NCBI GenBank assembly: GCA_002811645.1
Contig: PDIP01000112.1
Span: 5,693 to 69,692 of the forward strand
DNA: 64,000 nucleotides
Reading direction: 5' to 3'
DNA from: Corallochytrium limacisporum Hawaii
Taxonomy: Eukaryota; Protista; Pluriformea
Positions 11,504 through 23,152 of the stretch are shown here, piece after piece. The position numbers were made by a program, and so were the translations under genes. The notes under the pieces are model-generated. The model ran no database searches, was not told the origin of the DNA, and saw only the letters and a program-made list of their open reading frames with translations. How positions within the stretch are numbered: position 1 is the first letter of the stretch; each line of letters opens with the position of its first letter.

Positions 11504-14323
11504 CTATGCAATAGAGGCAGCAGCAGACCCGCCTGCTTCTATCTTTGCCTCCACGGATTCAGCGTGTCCAAGTTCTCGGTGATACTTGCCAACCAGGGAG
11601 CGATACTTGCTAAGAGTGTACGCACGCAAATAAGAGGTCCGGCTAAAGTCCGGACTGACCTTGAGAATGGGCACAGCGCGCTCAAATATGTCAACCTCAG
11701 GATCCAGAGAGCGTCCAACACCTTCCACTACACCAACCGCCATAACCACGGAGGCAAAATCGGGCTCAATTTTCACGTGGTAATCTGCCACGTAGGTCAG
11801 AATGTTACCCAGTACCTCACCCACACTGACCTTGCCCAAGCTCAAAGTACGGCTGCGAACATTGTCCACAAGCTCGCCTACTTTGTCTGCGAATTCCTCA
11901 GGGTTCTCACATTCGTGTCCTCTGGCACGCTCTACCATCATAAGGCCAACATCACGTCCACGTCCACTAGTCAATGCTTCAAACAGGTCTCTGAAGTTCT
12001 TACGATTACCGGGTGAGAGCTCGGTAATGATACCTGTGTCCAGGAAAACAAGCTTTGGACCGGAATTTTCCTCATCTGTTTCACGCACTAAAATGTTACC
12101 GGGGTGCAAATCACCATGGATAAAGTTGTCCACAAGCAACATCTTCAGGAAGGCGTCCAGACCGAGACAAGCTAGCTGGTGACCAAGGGCATTCTTTTCG
12201 CTATTGTTGTCAAGCATGTACTCTGAGATCGGTGTACCAGGTTCATAGGACTCCATCAGATAGTCTTTTTCAATCATGTTAGGCACTGGTACTGGGAAGA
12301 TGTACCGATCCCTATCATCCTTGAAGTTTTTGTTGAACTGTACCAGGTTGAACGCCTCACGACGCATATCCAGCTGGTCAATCATCACACCAGTGAACTG
12401 CTCCACCGACTCCCGAACGGACATCCAACGTGCCCTAGAACTATAGTCCAGAATACGAGCAAACGCATGAGCAAGAGCCAGATCCAGCAAAATGCTGTCT
12501 CGCACACCTGGATGAATCACCTTGAGTGCCACGTCCTGAGTCGTACCACTCACTGGATCGTAGATTCTGGCCTTGTGGACCTGTGCGATTGCACCACTAC
12601 CAATAGGCTCCTGCTCAATGTACGCCACAGTGTCCGTAATGTTGTCCCCTAAGTAATAACGAAGTATCGACAGAGTTTCCTTCAGAGAATGAGTGCGAGA
12701 CGCACTATGCAGTTTGCTGAATCGGCAACAGAAATCCTCGCTGAAAATGTCCTTGCGAGTGCTGGCCCACTGACCAAACTTAATGAAGGCGGGTCCGGCC
12801 GACTCCACGGCGTGGAAGAGCTGGTTCCACCACCAGTCCACAAAGTCCTTCTTCCAGCTCACGCTAGTTGGAATGAGATAGAAGAGGGGTAGGGTGATTA
12901 GATTGGGCAAGAACTTGATGTACAAGACGATCATACGGCCAAGGGTACGAATGACTCCAATGCGACGGAATTCCTGGACAGGATCAAAGTCTGACAGCTT
13001 TACAATGGCATCCACATCCAAAGATGTCGCGAGCTGTTTTTCGAGATCTACGACAGCCTCCACATCTCCCAGAGGCTGCAGGATACGTGCAGACATGTCC
13101 TCAGGGGCCTGTTCACCAGCACGTAGCGCAGCGTAGTAAATACCAAGGCCGGTAAGACCCACACCGATCACAACCAGTGTACGTTTATCCTGAAAAGTGC
13201 GGGCGATATCCCTGAAGACATCCTGCATCGCACCAGACATGGTCTGTTCAGCAACTTTGACACTCTGATCATGAATTTGCTTCGCCTCACGAATAATCTG
13301 TTCACGGGCAGGACGCGCTGCAGGGACAGTACGGCGGGCGGCCTCGGATACGGCTGAGGTTGTACCTGCCATCGCAGAAGGTGCCTTAGCCATGGCTTCA
13401 GCAGGTGAGGCGGGTCGCTGCGTTTGTGTCGCCTGAGTGACTTCCTTCAGGGTAGATGCAGTGATCTTGCGCTGAACTCTCTTCTTGGGTGCAGCCAGAG
13501 GGGTGGTACCAGAGACCATCCGATGGCTTATCGGTGCATTAACATCTCGAGAAAGAGCTGCAAGGAATGTTTTAGCATGCTGTGATGCTTCTCCAATCAC
13601 TGCCAGTCCCTTTGGTGCCACCCTTTGACTCGCTATAAAGGCGACACGCGCCTCCTTGAAGCGGTTCAAGTGAGGGAAAGGCGTACCGGGTGACGATGTG
13701 CGGAGAGTAGGCAAAATCTCTGCGGCCGTTTCCATCACTTTGCGTTCCGACAAATCCTTCCACTGCTCGTGAGTTAGCTTTGTGATGCCTTGCTCTTTTG
13801 CTATCTTTAGGCGTGCCAGCTTCATGCTTAAATTTTGGGCCTTGATGCCTTCAAAGTTCATCGTACGACTGACGTGTTGGGAATGCCACTGGCGCCTGCG
13901 TGCAAGAGGGACCCATGGCTTTGGTTCCCGCTTCAAGACGTCAACCTTTGCCATGGTCTCGTAAGCTTGACCAAGCAGCTGTCTTGTCTCAGCCTGTGTC
14001 ACCTGCTCGCCTCTAGACAGAGGAATCTGAGTATTCTGCTGATGTTTGGCCCTTTCACGCAACCGTCTATTTCGGACCGCAGCACTGTGACGAATCCTAC
14101 CGAAGCCCGACTCTTTGTCAATGAATGTGCCCTGACCCTTATCTGCCGGTGGTCTACGGGGAACAAAACCATCCACACGACGCGCATAGCGCTTGAAACG
14201 AACTTGTGTAAAGTTGCCGTTGCCATTCGTCCCAAGACTAACATTCTTCTTTAAACTTGTCTGCCCTACCGATAGCAAAGGATTTTGCAGCCTCGCACAG
14301 CGAAGTCGGAGGACGGACAACAT
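11504..14323 (-). CDS. ADCK2: ABC1/UbiB atypical kinase, ADCK2/Cqd1-like, probably mitochondrial
   Basis: KxGQ motif (GPAFIKFGQWASTRKD), GSGAIAQVH, VALKV, HGDLHPGNI, FLDTG. Arg-rich presequence-like N-terminus and a TM segment. Confidence 0.85.
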   Translation of the reverse strand: MLSVLRLRCARLQNPLLSVGQTSLKKNVSLGTNGNGNFTQVRFKRYARRVDGFVPRRPPADKGQGTFIDKESGFGRIRHSAAVRNRRLRERAKHQQNTQIPLSRGEQVTQAETRQLLGQAYETMAKVDVLKREPKPWVPLARRRQWHSQHVSRTMNFEGIKAQNLSMKLARLKIAKEQGITKLTHEQWKDLSERKVMETAAEILPTLRTSSPGTPFPHLNRFKEARVAFIASQRVAPKGLAVIGEASQHAKTFLAALSRDVNAPISHRMVSGTTPLAAPKKRVQRKITASTLKEVTQATQTQRPASPAEAMAKAPSAMAGTTSAVSEAARRTVPAARPAREQIIREAKQIHDQSVKVAEQTMSGAMQDVFRDIARTFQDKRTLVVIGVGLTGLGIYYAALRAGEQAPEDMSARILQPLGDVEAVVDLEKQLATSLDVDAIVKLSDFDPVQEFRRIGVIRTLGRMIVLYIKFLPNLITLPLFYLIPTSVSWKKDFVDWWWNQLFHAVESAGPAFIKFGQWASTRKDIFSEDFCCRFSKLHSASRTHSLKETLSILRYYLGDNITDTVAYIEQEPIGSGAIAQVHKARIYDPVSGTTQDVALKVIHPGVRDSILLDLALAHAFARILDYSSRARWMSVRESVEQFTGVMIDQLDMRREAFNLVQFNKNFKDDRDRYIFPVPVPNMIEKDYLMESYEPGTPISEYMLDNNSEKNALGHQLACLGLDAFLKMLLVDNFIHGDLHPGNILVRETDEENSGPKLVFLDTGIITELSPGNRKNFRDLFEALTSGRGRDVGLMMVERARGHECENPEEFADKVGELVDNVRSRTLSLGKVSVGEVLGNILTYVADYHVKIEPDFASVVMAVGVVEGVGRSLDPEVDIFERAVPILKVSPDFSRTSYLRAYTLSKYRSLVGKYHRELGHAESVEAKIEAGGSAAASIA

Positions 14324-15767
14324 GTTTGTCCGTTACCCCACCTGACCTAAGTTCTACTAAATGTAATTCACACTGAAACTGTCTATTTGATCACAATCAC
14401 ATGACGCGACAGTAACCCATCGTCACGGTGTATGGCAACAAGCAACCTTCCAGTAGCCTCAAGCTCCAATGATCCATGCCGAAAGTTAAATATCTTTTGT
14501 GGGGTGTGTATCAACATCATGTACTTGCAGCAATGTATCACCGGCTCGGCTGTCGTCATCAGCTCGAGGAATCCAAGTGTTTCATATATGCTTGTCCCGA
14601 TACGCATTTTGAGACCTCCCATAGAATTGCACCACGCTACGCGAGGGCCTACAGATAACCTCCCCTTGGGGAGGGGGGGAGGGCACCAAGACACCATGTG
14701 ACCGGCGTATGGGCAATCTCGACCGGAAACGGTCAGACCTACCGCAAAGTTCAGGGAGAGAAGGGAGAGGCTGTGATTCTTCTGCATCAACATCCCGGTG
14801 AATGTCCTAGTGTCTCCAAAGAGCAATCCTTTCTGCTGCGCCTAACGCCTATCTGTAACAACGCAGCGACAACCAGTTGAAAACTACTGCGGTAGTACAC
14901 AGAGCTAGCGTGTTTTCGTGGGAGGTGATCAAATAAAACGGATCCCCTACAAACTGTCTTAATTAAATTTAGGAGTCTATTTTGTGCAGGGTGCAGTAGG
15001 GATTGATTTTTCACTGGGCCTAGCATCTCGGATGGAACTCACAATCTTCGCTTGGTTTGGTGCCCCGGACCTGAGACGTCCGTCCGGTTCAGGCGCAAAC
15101 CAGTACGCAACACCAAGAAAATGTTGCTCCGGGCAGTCGAGGGGAGCTCACCAAAACACAAGCGAAGTGATTGGAAACCTTAAGCGCTGAATCTCTATGC
15201 AACTAGGGAACCCACAGCCCCATTCATTCCCACATGTACCATTGACACGAACCGTTGCTCCCCCTAAAGAGCGATGGTCTCCCATTTGGTGGCTGTTCAT
15301 TGTTGTTCCGTAAGCAGGCAATTAGGTGGCGGAGGATTCCCCCCCCGGTCAGGCCCCCCTTCCCCGGGGCGGGGGCGAGACAGCGGTTTACAGCAAGCTC
15401 TGGGCACTGCTGAGACACAGAGGTGCGCACCAGCTGCGCAGGGCATGAATAATTGAATAGGAGAGACGTCGTGTGTTCCGCGAGTAACATCCACGTCCAT
15501 ACAGCATATGGTCTATACAAACTCGTGGCCTGGACCAACACGACCCGCGGCTGATAACGAGCTTGGCAGCCGTCCTTGGCGCCTAAAGCCGCTCAGGGAT
15601 TGTCGTGATTGAACCCGGCTGATACATGTTTCTCCGCTGCCAACCCTCTATGGGTAGAAGAGGGTGCAATGGGGTTGTCTGTATCTAGCTTGTGAATCCT
15701 GCAGACTTCGACTAACTTCTGTTTTCCGAGCAGTATACCGTTTTACCGGTGGACAGTAGCAGACAAG

Positions 15768-17579
15768 ATGCGGATCTCAAGTGCAAAGTCCGTGATCTTC
15801 TTTGGCGTGGCCTGTGGTGCCGTTGTGATTGAGCGTCCGGATGAGGTGCCCGGTGTGATACAGGACGAAGCCTGGAAGGTTCGTTTGGCCGATGACGGTA
15901 CCCCCGTGTACCCTGAGTCGTATACAATCAGCGGTACTTTCTCTCTTCCCTACGCTTCTATCGTTACCCCTTATGTGTTAAGTGTGGACAACAAGAAGGG
16001 CCGCGAGTACTTGGGTTGGTATGATGGCCTGGACTCCTTCCTCTACGACTACGAAGATGGCGTGATCTACGAGAACTTTATCTGGTACGATAGGCCTCGG
16101 TGTTTATTTTCCAAGTCTGCTCCAGGGACACAGCCTCAACAGCCTTCTCCACCTCTAGTCTTTTTCCCAAACATTACCCAAGCCAACGGCTTCGACTACA
16201 AGGGCACAGAGGACTGTCCCGGACAGCGTCAGTTTGCATGCCATTGGTGGCAGAAAAAAGATCCTGAGGCGAAGCGTGTGACAACCTTCACGTTCTGGGC
16301 AGTCGATGACGGTGCATACACACCATGGCAATACACCATGATGGGCTATGATGTGGTATTTGCCAGTCACTACGATCAATATGTTATTAGATACACCGCT
16401 TTCAGTGGCTACCCCGTGGACGATCTCCTCGAACTGCCTGGTCACTGCAAAGAGTTTGTCAACGACGGCCACCTGGAAGCTACTGGGGCACTCCCTGTGT
16501 CTGCTGCTTCGGAGGACCGACAAGCCCATCACTTTAACATCTTTAGTCTGGTTCAGGACTTCATGCAGGGTGTTGACCATTCCTACAGGCGTTTCAAGGA
16601 ACATGTAGCGAACTTCGGGGACAAGCTGGCCCTCCCTGACGGGGAGAGGCAGAACTTCTCAGGCAACCATGAGGAGCTGCACCACCGCCTCCCTCACTTT
16701 GTGAAGAATATGCACCGAGTCAATCACATGAACCTCAACTCCAAGGGTGAGACTACGTATGGGGTGAACCACTTTGCATTGTTGTCTAAGGACGAATGGC
16801 ACCCCTTCCTCATGGGTTATCGGCGCCTGGACGATGATACTCGTCCAAAGCCTCTAACCAAAGTGGAAGTCTACGACCCGGTGCACAGACCCAGCGCTCC
16901 TCAGACGAAGGATTGGCGCCTGGAGGGTGCAGTGGGCCACGTGCGTGACCAAGGCATCTGCGGTAGTTGCTGGGCATTCAGTGCCTCCGAAACGCTACAA
17001 GCACAGTGGTTCCTACAGACCGGTGAACAGGACGACCTAAGCAGTCAACAGCTCATGGATTGTTCGTGGGACTATGGTAACATGGCCTGTGATGGTGGTG
17101 AAGGTCCTGCCGCCCTACAGTACGTCATCGACAACGGTGGATTACAGTACACCAACGATTACGAATACGAAATGGTCGACGATTACTGTCGCTACAATCC
17201 GGCCAAGGGTGCTGCTACAGCGGCAGGCATTGTAAGAATCGACGAGGGCGATGAGGCTGCGCTAGAGTCTGCAGCTGGTACGGTGGGCCCGATCTCCGTG
17301 GCTTACGACGCTGGCCATGACAGTATGGTCTTCTATTCGTCCGGCATATACTACGAGCCAGAGTGCTCTAGCACCGACTTAGACCACGCTGTGATGGTAG
17401 TCGGCTATGGTATCGACAAAGAGGCTCCTGAGGGCAAACAGGAGTACTGGATTGTCAAGAACTCCTGGAGTGAGTACTGGGGTAGTCAGGGTTACTTCTG
17501 GCTTGCGAAGAATCGTGACAACCACTGCGGTATCGCAACGGATGCTGGATACCCAACCATCAAGACTAATCCTGCATGA
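15768..17579 (+). CDS. Papain-family (C1A) cathepsin L-like protease with N-terminal extension (26/29-kDa proteinase type) and I29 prodomain
   Basis: Signal peptide; ERFNIN/GNFD-like prodomain (YGVNHFA); catalytic motifs DQGICGSCWAF, LDHAV and KNSWSEYWG. Confidence 0.92.
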   Translation: MRISSAKSVIFFGVACGAVVIERPDEVPGVIQDEAWKVRLADDGTPVYPESYTISGTFSLPYASIVTPYVLSVDNKKGREYLGWYDGLDSFLYDYEDGVIYENFIWYDRPRCLFSKSAPGTQPQQPSPPLVFFPNITQANGFDYKGTEDCPGQRQFACHWWQKKDPEAKRVTTFTFWAVDDGAYTPWQYTMMGYDVVFASHYDQYVIRYTAFSGYPVDDLLELPGHCKEFVNDGHLEATGALPVSAASEDRQAHHFNIFSLVQDFMQGVDHSYRRFKEHVANFGDKLALPDGERQNFSGNHEELHHRLPHFVKNMHRVNHMNLNSKGETTYGVNHFALLSKDEWHPFLMGYRRLDDDTRPKPLTKVEVYDPVHRPSAPQTKDWRLEGAVGHVRDQGICGSCWAFSASETLQAQWFLQTGEQDDLSSQQLMDCSWDYGNMACDGGEGPAALQYVIDNGGLQYTNDYEYEMVDDYCRYNPAKGAATAAGIVRIDEGDEAALESAAGTVGPISVAYDAGHDSMVFYSSGIYYEPECSSTDLDHAVMVVGYGIDKEAPEGKQEYWIVKNSWSEYWGSQGYFWLAKNRDNHCGIATDAGYPTIKTNPA

Positions 17580-17785
17580 AAATGTGACAAGGACCGGTGC
17601 AACCAGCTTCCTGCCGGTTTGCTTCCCTTTTGCCTGGCATGGACATCTTCCCAACCGTTCTGTGTGGATTGAGAACCACTGTGACACAGAAGAGACAGCT
17701 AGATTACACTTTGACTTTTGTTTGTGAATGTGATAGGTATGGTACTGTATGTTTATGGCCATGTGATAGCGCATAGCTGCTGATG

Positions 17786-18973
17786 TTAGTTGCGAGACTT
17801 GAGCCAGTAGGAGTACTGATCCGGGAAGACATATTGAGCCTTGTCAAGTGCTAGCTCCTTGGCAGCCACGTAGGGCCAGTGCGGATTCCTCAACATCGTA
17901 CGGGCGAGAAGGATGGTGTCGAGGGTACCGTTATCGATCGCTTCATTGGCTTTCTTTGGGTCCGTAATATTCCACGACGTGCCGAACACAGGTTTGTGCT
18001 CTTGGTTGCAAGCGTGCTCGAGAACAGCAGTGCGGATCCGCTCCACGATGGGAAATAGCATATTCTCGCCCCACGGTGCACGCTTTGCCAAATTGGGATC
18101 GTTGAAACTCATGCTAATATCAAACAAATCCACACCCAGGTCGGCCAGTTCCTTGCATAATTCAGTGCTTTCTTTCTCGCTTAGGTACTCTGGGTTGTCT
18201 TCCATAAATTCAGTGACTCCCAGACGAATTGCGAGCACGTGATCATCTGGGATCACCGCACGCATTGCCTTGACAATGTCTTTGATAATTTTAGAGCGAG
18301 ATTCCCAAGTCTCACCTCCGTACTCTCCGGTACGCTTGTTTGAGTGCTTACTCAGGAACTGAGAGCAGAGGTAGCCATGAGCAGCATGCAGCTGGTGCAC
18401 CTGCATCCCCAATTCTACTGTACGCTTGGTGGCATCCGCAAATGCCTGGATCACTTCCTTGATCTCCGCGTCAGTAAGCTCCCTGGGCATCTTGGGGAGT
18501 TCGGCACCGTAGGGAATCGCAGAAGCAGACACAACCTCCCATCCTTTCTCATCGTCGTCGGGTATGTGAGCACCGCCGTTCTCCCAAGGTCGATGGGAAC
18601 TGCCCTTCCGTCCAGCATGGGCCAGCTGCGCACCCGCAATTGCGCCATGGGCTTTGATGAAGTCCACAATAGGTTTCATTTGGTCCCGTTGTTTGTCATT
18701 CCAGAGACCGGCATCACCCCAAGTTATGCGCCCCTCGGGCACAACACCCAGTGCCTCGGTAAATACCAGACCAGCACCACCACGGGCCATGCCACCTAAA
18801 TGCACAGTGTGCCACTGGTTCATGACTCCATCGTTTGCAGAGTACTGACACATGGGACTGACAATGATACGATTGCGCAGAGTCACACCGCGAATAGTCA
18901 GCGGAGAGAACAGAGACGGCAGTGCAGCACCGCCACTGCTCAGGGCACGAGCTCCTGTGGTTACGTTAGTCAT
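17786..18973 (-). CDS. NADH:flavin oxidoreductase / Old Yellow Enzyme, XenA/YqjM class
   Basis: LRNRIIVSPMCQYSA, QLAHAGRK, HAAHGYL, SNKRTGEYGG, and a C-terminal PHWPYVAAKEL..QYSYWL. First in-frame ATG at 18973. Confidence 0.92.
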   Translation of the reverse strand: MTNVTTGARALSSGGAALPSLFSPLTIRGVTLRNRIIVSPMCQYSANDGVMNQWHTVHLGGMARGGAGLVFTEALGVVPEGRITWGDAGLWNDKQRDQMKPIVDFIKAHGAIAGAQLAHAGRKGSSHRPWENGGAHIPDDDEKGWEVVSASAIPYGAELPKMPRELTDAEIKEVIQAFADATKRTVELGMQVHQLHAAHGYLCSQFLSKHSNKRTGEYGGETWESRSKIIKDIVKAMRAVIPDDHVLAIRLGVTEFMEDNPEYLSEKESTELCKELADLGVDLFDISMSFNDPNLAKRAPWGENMLFPIVERIRTAVLEHACNQEHKPVFGTSWNITDPKKANEAIDNGTLDTILLARTMLRNPHWPYVAAKELALDKAQYVFPDQYSYWLKSRN

Positions 18974-19479
18974 GGTTGTTGGGGTATTGCTTGTGTGCAC
19001 GGAAAGGCTGTATCAGCTGCCTCGTCAGCCTTGGCTCGTCCTGGCTTGTACTGATTTTGGGACCCATAGGATCATACAGCATCATGCATCAATTTGCCGA
19101 AATAGTGTCAGGCCCGCTATCTCACATACCTACACGAGAGAAACAAGAAAGCTGAACGAATGTGTGTACCCACTCTCCGGCAAAGTTCGCCATGAGAGTG
19201 ACCAATCGGGCCTATCTTTGGCCGTCGCGCCGGCGTATCGCTAGTATGCAGCAAGCACACTTCCCATAGCCATCTGTCGTCGCTCCCTGTCCCCTCGGAG
19301 ACACCTCCTTCTCCTACTCGCGCACACTGACCCGTGCACAAGCTTCCCTTACCATTGTCAGTACTCAATGTACGACAATCTCAATAAGAAACAACAACTT
19401 GTCACGGCGAAGGGGGGTCAGTGGATTACGGCAGAGAGAAGTAAAACGAAAGGAGGGGCCGCGGCGGAAAGAAAGAAGG

Positions 19480-19570
19480 GGACAGAGACAAAGAGAGCCG
19501 ATAAAGAGCGAGAGATGGACAGAGAGAGAGATGGGGAGAGAGAGATGGAGAGAGAGAGAGAGAGGGAGAG
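19480..19570. repeat. (GA)n-rich microsatellite tract
   Basis: Imperfect GAGAGA runs. Confidence 0.8.
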
Positions 19571-20214
19571 CAGGGACCCTCCGACGGTATTCCCAAATTA
19601 CATACACACACACAGAGTCTTCCCCGTCCGGGCCCCTTCGTTATGCCCCGCTCATTTGCGAACCGAAGAAGCAGAGAGGACTCAAAAGCAGCGGACGGGA
19701 GCGGACAGAGGTGGAGACGTGTGTAGGGTGTGTGTGTGTTAGAGCGGGGGCCGATGCGACCCCCCATTTTTTTCCTTGCAGAGGGGGAAGAGGACGTGAT
19801 TGGAATTACGCACTCTTATCCACTGTCACCATGGTCATATTGGCAACGTTCAACAGGAACAGCGAGGAAATGGGCAAAGTGTGTACCATTGGTACGAGTC
19901 ATCAACATGCTGGCAGGCTTTCGTAGGATTCGAAACGACGGTGTGTCCTGCTTGAATAGTACATGATGGTTGGTGGTCGTCTATTCACGTCGTGGTAGTT
20001 TGTATTTTCGCATCTTTACAGAATGGTTTGATCAATGGGAATGGGTTGGGGTAATGAAAAGGATTTGATCTTGTCCTTTCACCCGATCATGTGTTCTTTT
20101 CACGGTTTCCAACTTTGTGTTGATGAAGAATGTCAAATGCGACAGTTGCTGCGTAAGCAAGAGGGAAACCAGTCATGGAATATGAAAGCTACTAAATTGC
20201 CTTGCTGACCCTTC

Positions 20215-21441
20215 TTAATCCGAGTGCTCGTGGATGTTTAGTGCTTCGATATTGCGACGGATGCACTCGATCAGAGAGTCCTCGTGGAAGGGCATATCGT
20301 ACTTCTTCAGGAACGCCTTAACGTGAGGCGATGACTTGGGCAGATTGACCCGGGGCATCATGGGGAACATGTGGTGCTCAACCTGGCGGCTGATGAAACC
20401 AGTGAAGTAGTCCACCAGCAAACCTCCAGTGATATTGCGAGAAGTGCGGACGGTCTGTTCAATGAAGGCCATACCATGATCTTTGCCTAGGCGCTCCTCG
20501 CCGTAGTGGGTGCTGAAAACGACGGAGGCGGTCCAGAAGCCCTTCAGTGCCATGTGAACCGCCCAGTGGGAGAAGGTGGCAGTGGAGAAGACCCAGGCAA
20601 TGAAGACGTAGTTGCTCAACAGAGCTACCGTGTTCTTCCACCATCCACGGGAAACACAGAAAATCACGGACTCCACCTGCCAATAGAAGTGGAGCAGGCA
20701 CAGAACCGGCAGGAAGTAGTACTGCTGGTACTTTTGGACCCAGTTCAGCTTTTGTTTGACGTAGACGAAGACGGGGGCAGTGCGAATATCAGGGTCGTTG
20801 CCGACCTCGTTGGTGACCACGTGATGAGTATTATGGCGGGCCTTCCACCAAAAGAGTTCGTAGCCCTGTGTCCATCCGAGGAAGGCAGCTACACGGTCAT
20901 TGGCCTGGGGAGAGGCAAAGACGGAGTGGTGGGAGTAGTCATGCGCGAGCCAGCCGGCTTGCTGGAGACCGAAGGCTAGGAGGATGGTACCGACCCATTG
21001 CCATGTGGTAAAGTGGACGAGGTAGGCACCAAAGATCTGAGGACCCATGGTGAGGAACATTTTGAAAACTTCATCCGTCCAGTTAGTCTTGAAACAACCA
21101 ATTTCCTGCAGCTTGCGACGCAGGTTCACAAAGTCCGTGGCGATGTCTTCCTTGGGAGCCCAAGACGGCAGATCCACTCCCTCCTTGTAGTCCTCACTCT
21201 TGGCCAGGAAGGCATCCAGCTGCTTAATGGCCTTAGGAGAGTGGAACGCTTCGAACTGCTCAGTGGCATCGCGGCCGGCGAACACCTTCAGCACCTTCTG
21301 ACCCCCGGGGTGCCGCTTTGCCCATTGAGCCACCTTGACCTTCTTTCCATAAAGGACTACATACCAGTCCTTACCCGAGGTGGCTGGAGCTTTGTTGATC
21401 GCAGGAGCATCCTTGGATGCGGTAATAGCATTGGGTGGCAT
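20215..21441 (-). CDS. Cytochrome b5-fused front-end fatty acid desaturase (Delta8/Delta6-like)
   Basis: HPGG haem motif; His boxes HDYSHH, HNTHH and QVEHH. Confidence 0.93.
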   Translation of the reverse strand: MPPNAITASKDAPAINKAPATSGKDWYVVLYGKKVKVAQWAKRHPGGQKVLKVFAGRDATEQFEAFHSPKAIKQLDAFLAKSEDYKEGVDLPSWAPKEDIATDFVNLRRKLQEIGCFKTNWTDEVFKMFLTMGPQIFGAYLVHFTTWQWVGTILLAFGLQQAGWLAHDYSHHSVFASPQANDRVAAFLGWTQGYELFWWKARHNTHHVVTNEVGNDPDIRTAPVFVYVKQKLNWVQKYQQYYFLPVLCLLHFYWQVESVIFCVSRGWWKNTVALLSNYVFIAWVFSTATFSHWAVHMALKGFWTASVVFSTHYGEERLGKDHGMAFIEQTVRTSRNITGGLLVDYFTGFISRQVEHHMFPMMPRVNLPKSSPHVKAFLKKYDMPFHEDSLIECIRRNIEALNIHEHSD

Positions 21442-22583
21442 GACTACTTGACTATCGAACCGAGAGCTCTGTCCTACTATCCGATGCTATTTCTTTACGT
21501 TTTGGGAAGGGGTTTATGACGATTTAAGAGACAATCTAGGTTCGATTTCTTATACCACCTGTCCTGTCATCCACTATCAATCACAATTGGGGATACCATC
21601 TGCAATCTAAGTTTTCTACTCTCGCACCGGTTTCTCGACACTGTAGGACGCACATTCGTCATCACGGTCCTCATGGCTTAAGGTAGGTACCAACTTCTAC
21701 GGGATGTGATGCGGTGCTATTTCAAGTGCCAGTGTTTCTCGCGTTCAAAACGTACCGCAATCTCGAAGACCACCAATACTACCCACGGGAGGGTTTTCGG
21801 AAACTTATATTCCCACTTCTCTTATTTCGAAATTGTCATCCAAGGACATCTATTGAGATCACTTAAAGGTCCCTTCGTATGCTTCTTTGCAGTGTTGGGT
21901 GCATAAACGAAGATCGTTATCATGTTCAGAAGTGCCACACATGCACTCCGGACCAACCCTTTCCCCTCTTCCCTCCACCTGTTCCAGCGATTATTCTTCG
22001 TGCGACACCCGACGGGAACCCCAAAAAATTCGCTCTCATACTGAATATACCGGAATGGAGCTCGGATTCCCAGACCAGCGCTGCTCAACCCCCCTTCCCA
22101 TCCACCTCGGGACACCCATCCCCCTCCGCCCCCCCAAAAAAGTTTACCTTGAAAAGTCCGAGCCAATCGCACGACCAAAGGCCCACTTTTCTCCCAGTCC
22201 TGCTTTCCCTCGCTCCCCCTAACAGGGGAGAGTGCTCCTCTCCCAGACACAGCTCTCGCTGCCATAATTTTTTTCATCAAATATTGGGAAAGCACGATTG
22301 GTTTTGGACCCGAGTCCGTACCCCCACCCACCACCCCCCCCTTAGCGCGCGGGCACAACTACCCGCCCAGCTGTACTTCGGGGAAAGCCAGGTACATTGG
22401 TAGTTTTGACTCTTCTGGCTTTCTTGCGCAACGCACCGGGGGTGGGATACGTGATAGTGAATGTACGAGAAAGATGTGATATCCTGAGAACAAGTTGGGA
22501 GTGAGGGGGCTCTTGGGAGTGGGGGAGCGTAAGGGGAAGGAGGCGCGTAGAAACATTTTTTGGGGCAACCAGCGCAGCAGGCC

Positions 22584-22620
22584 GCCACACACTGTCAGCC
22601 ACACACTGTCAGCCACACAC
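22584..22620. repeat. 14-bp tandem repeat GCCACACACTGTCA (~2.6 copies)
   Basis: Directly visible. Confidence 0.8.
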
Positions 22621-23152
22621 ATCACCACTGTGAGCGAGGAGGCAGCTGGGCGACAGTCTATGGAACCGGGAGCACTTGAGAGCGGTGTCTTCTTGCCGCG
22701 GCTGGGGCCGCCACTGGGCCCAAGGAGCTGGAGCGCACGTATGAGAAAATGCTCAGCCAAACAGCATTGATGAGCACTCGGCACGCACACTCATTCGCAT
22801 ACACGCACACACCAACAAAGCACACGGGACCAGAGCACCCCCCAACCATGGCCCTCCACCCCAACGGGCGCCCCCCTCCGGGAGGGGGGGGGGGGTTCCA
22901 CCTTTCTTAGTAGAGGACTCCGCAGTGCATTGCGATCGCACTAGCTCACTATCGGTGTATGGCAATGCCTCCCGTCGTTGTTAGCAAATTACTGTAATGG
23001 CGCTGTGAAGGTGATGGGTGCACTCTTCTGTTTATTCGAATCCTTTGAGTAATTGGGTAGGGGGCAGACCGGAAGCAGAACTGTGCTATGAAGGATTGGT
23101 GTCCCGTAGGCCCAGACAGGCCCCACTCGAGAGACACAATTGCTGCGTAGGG

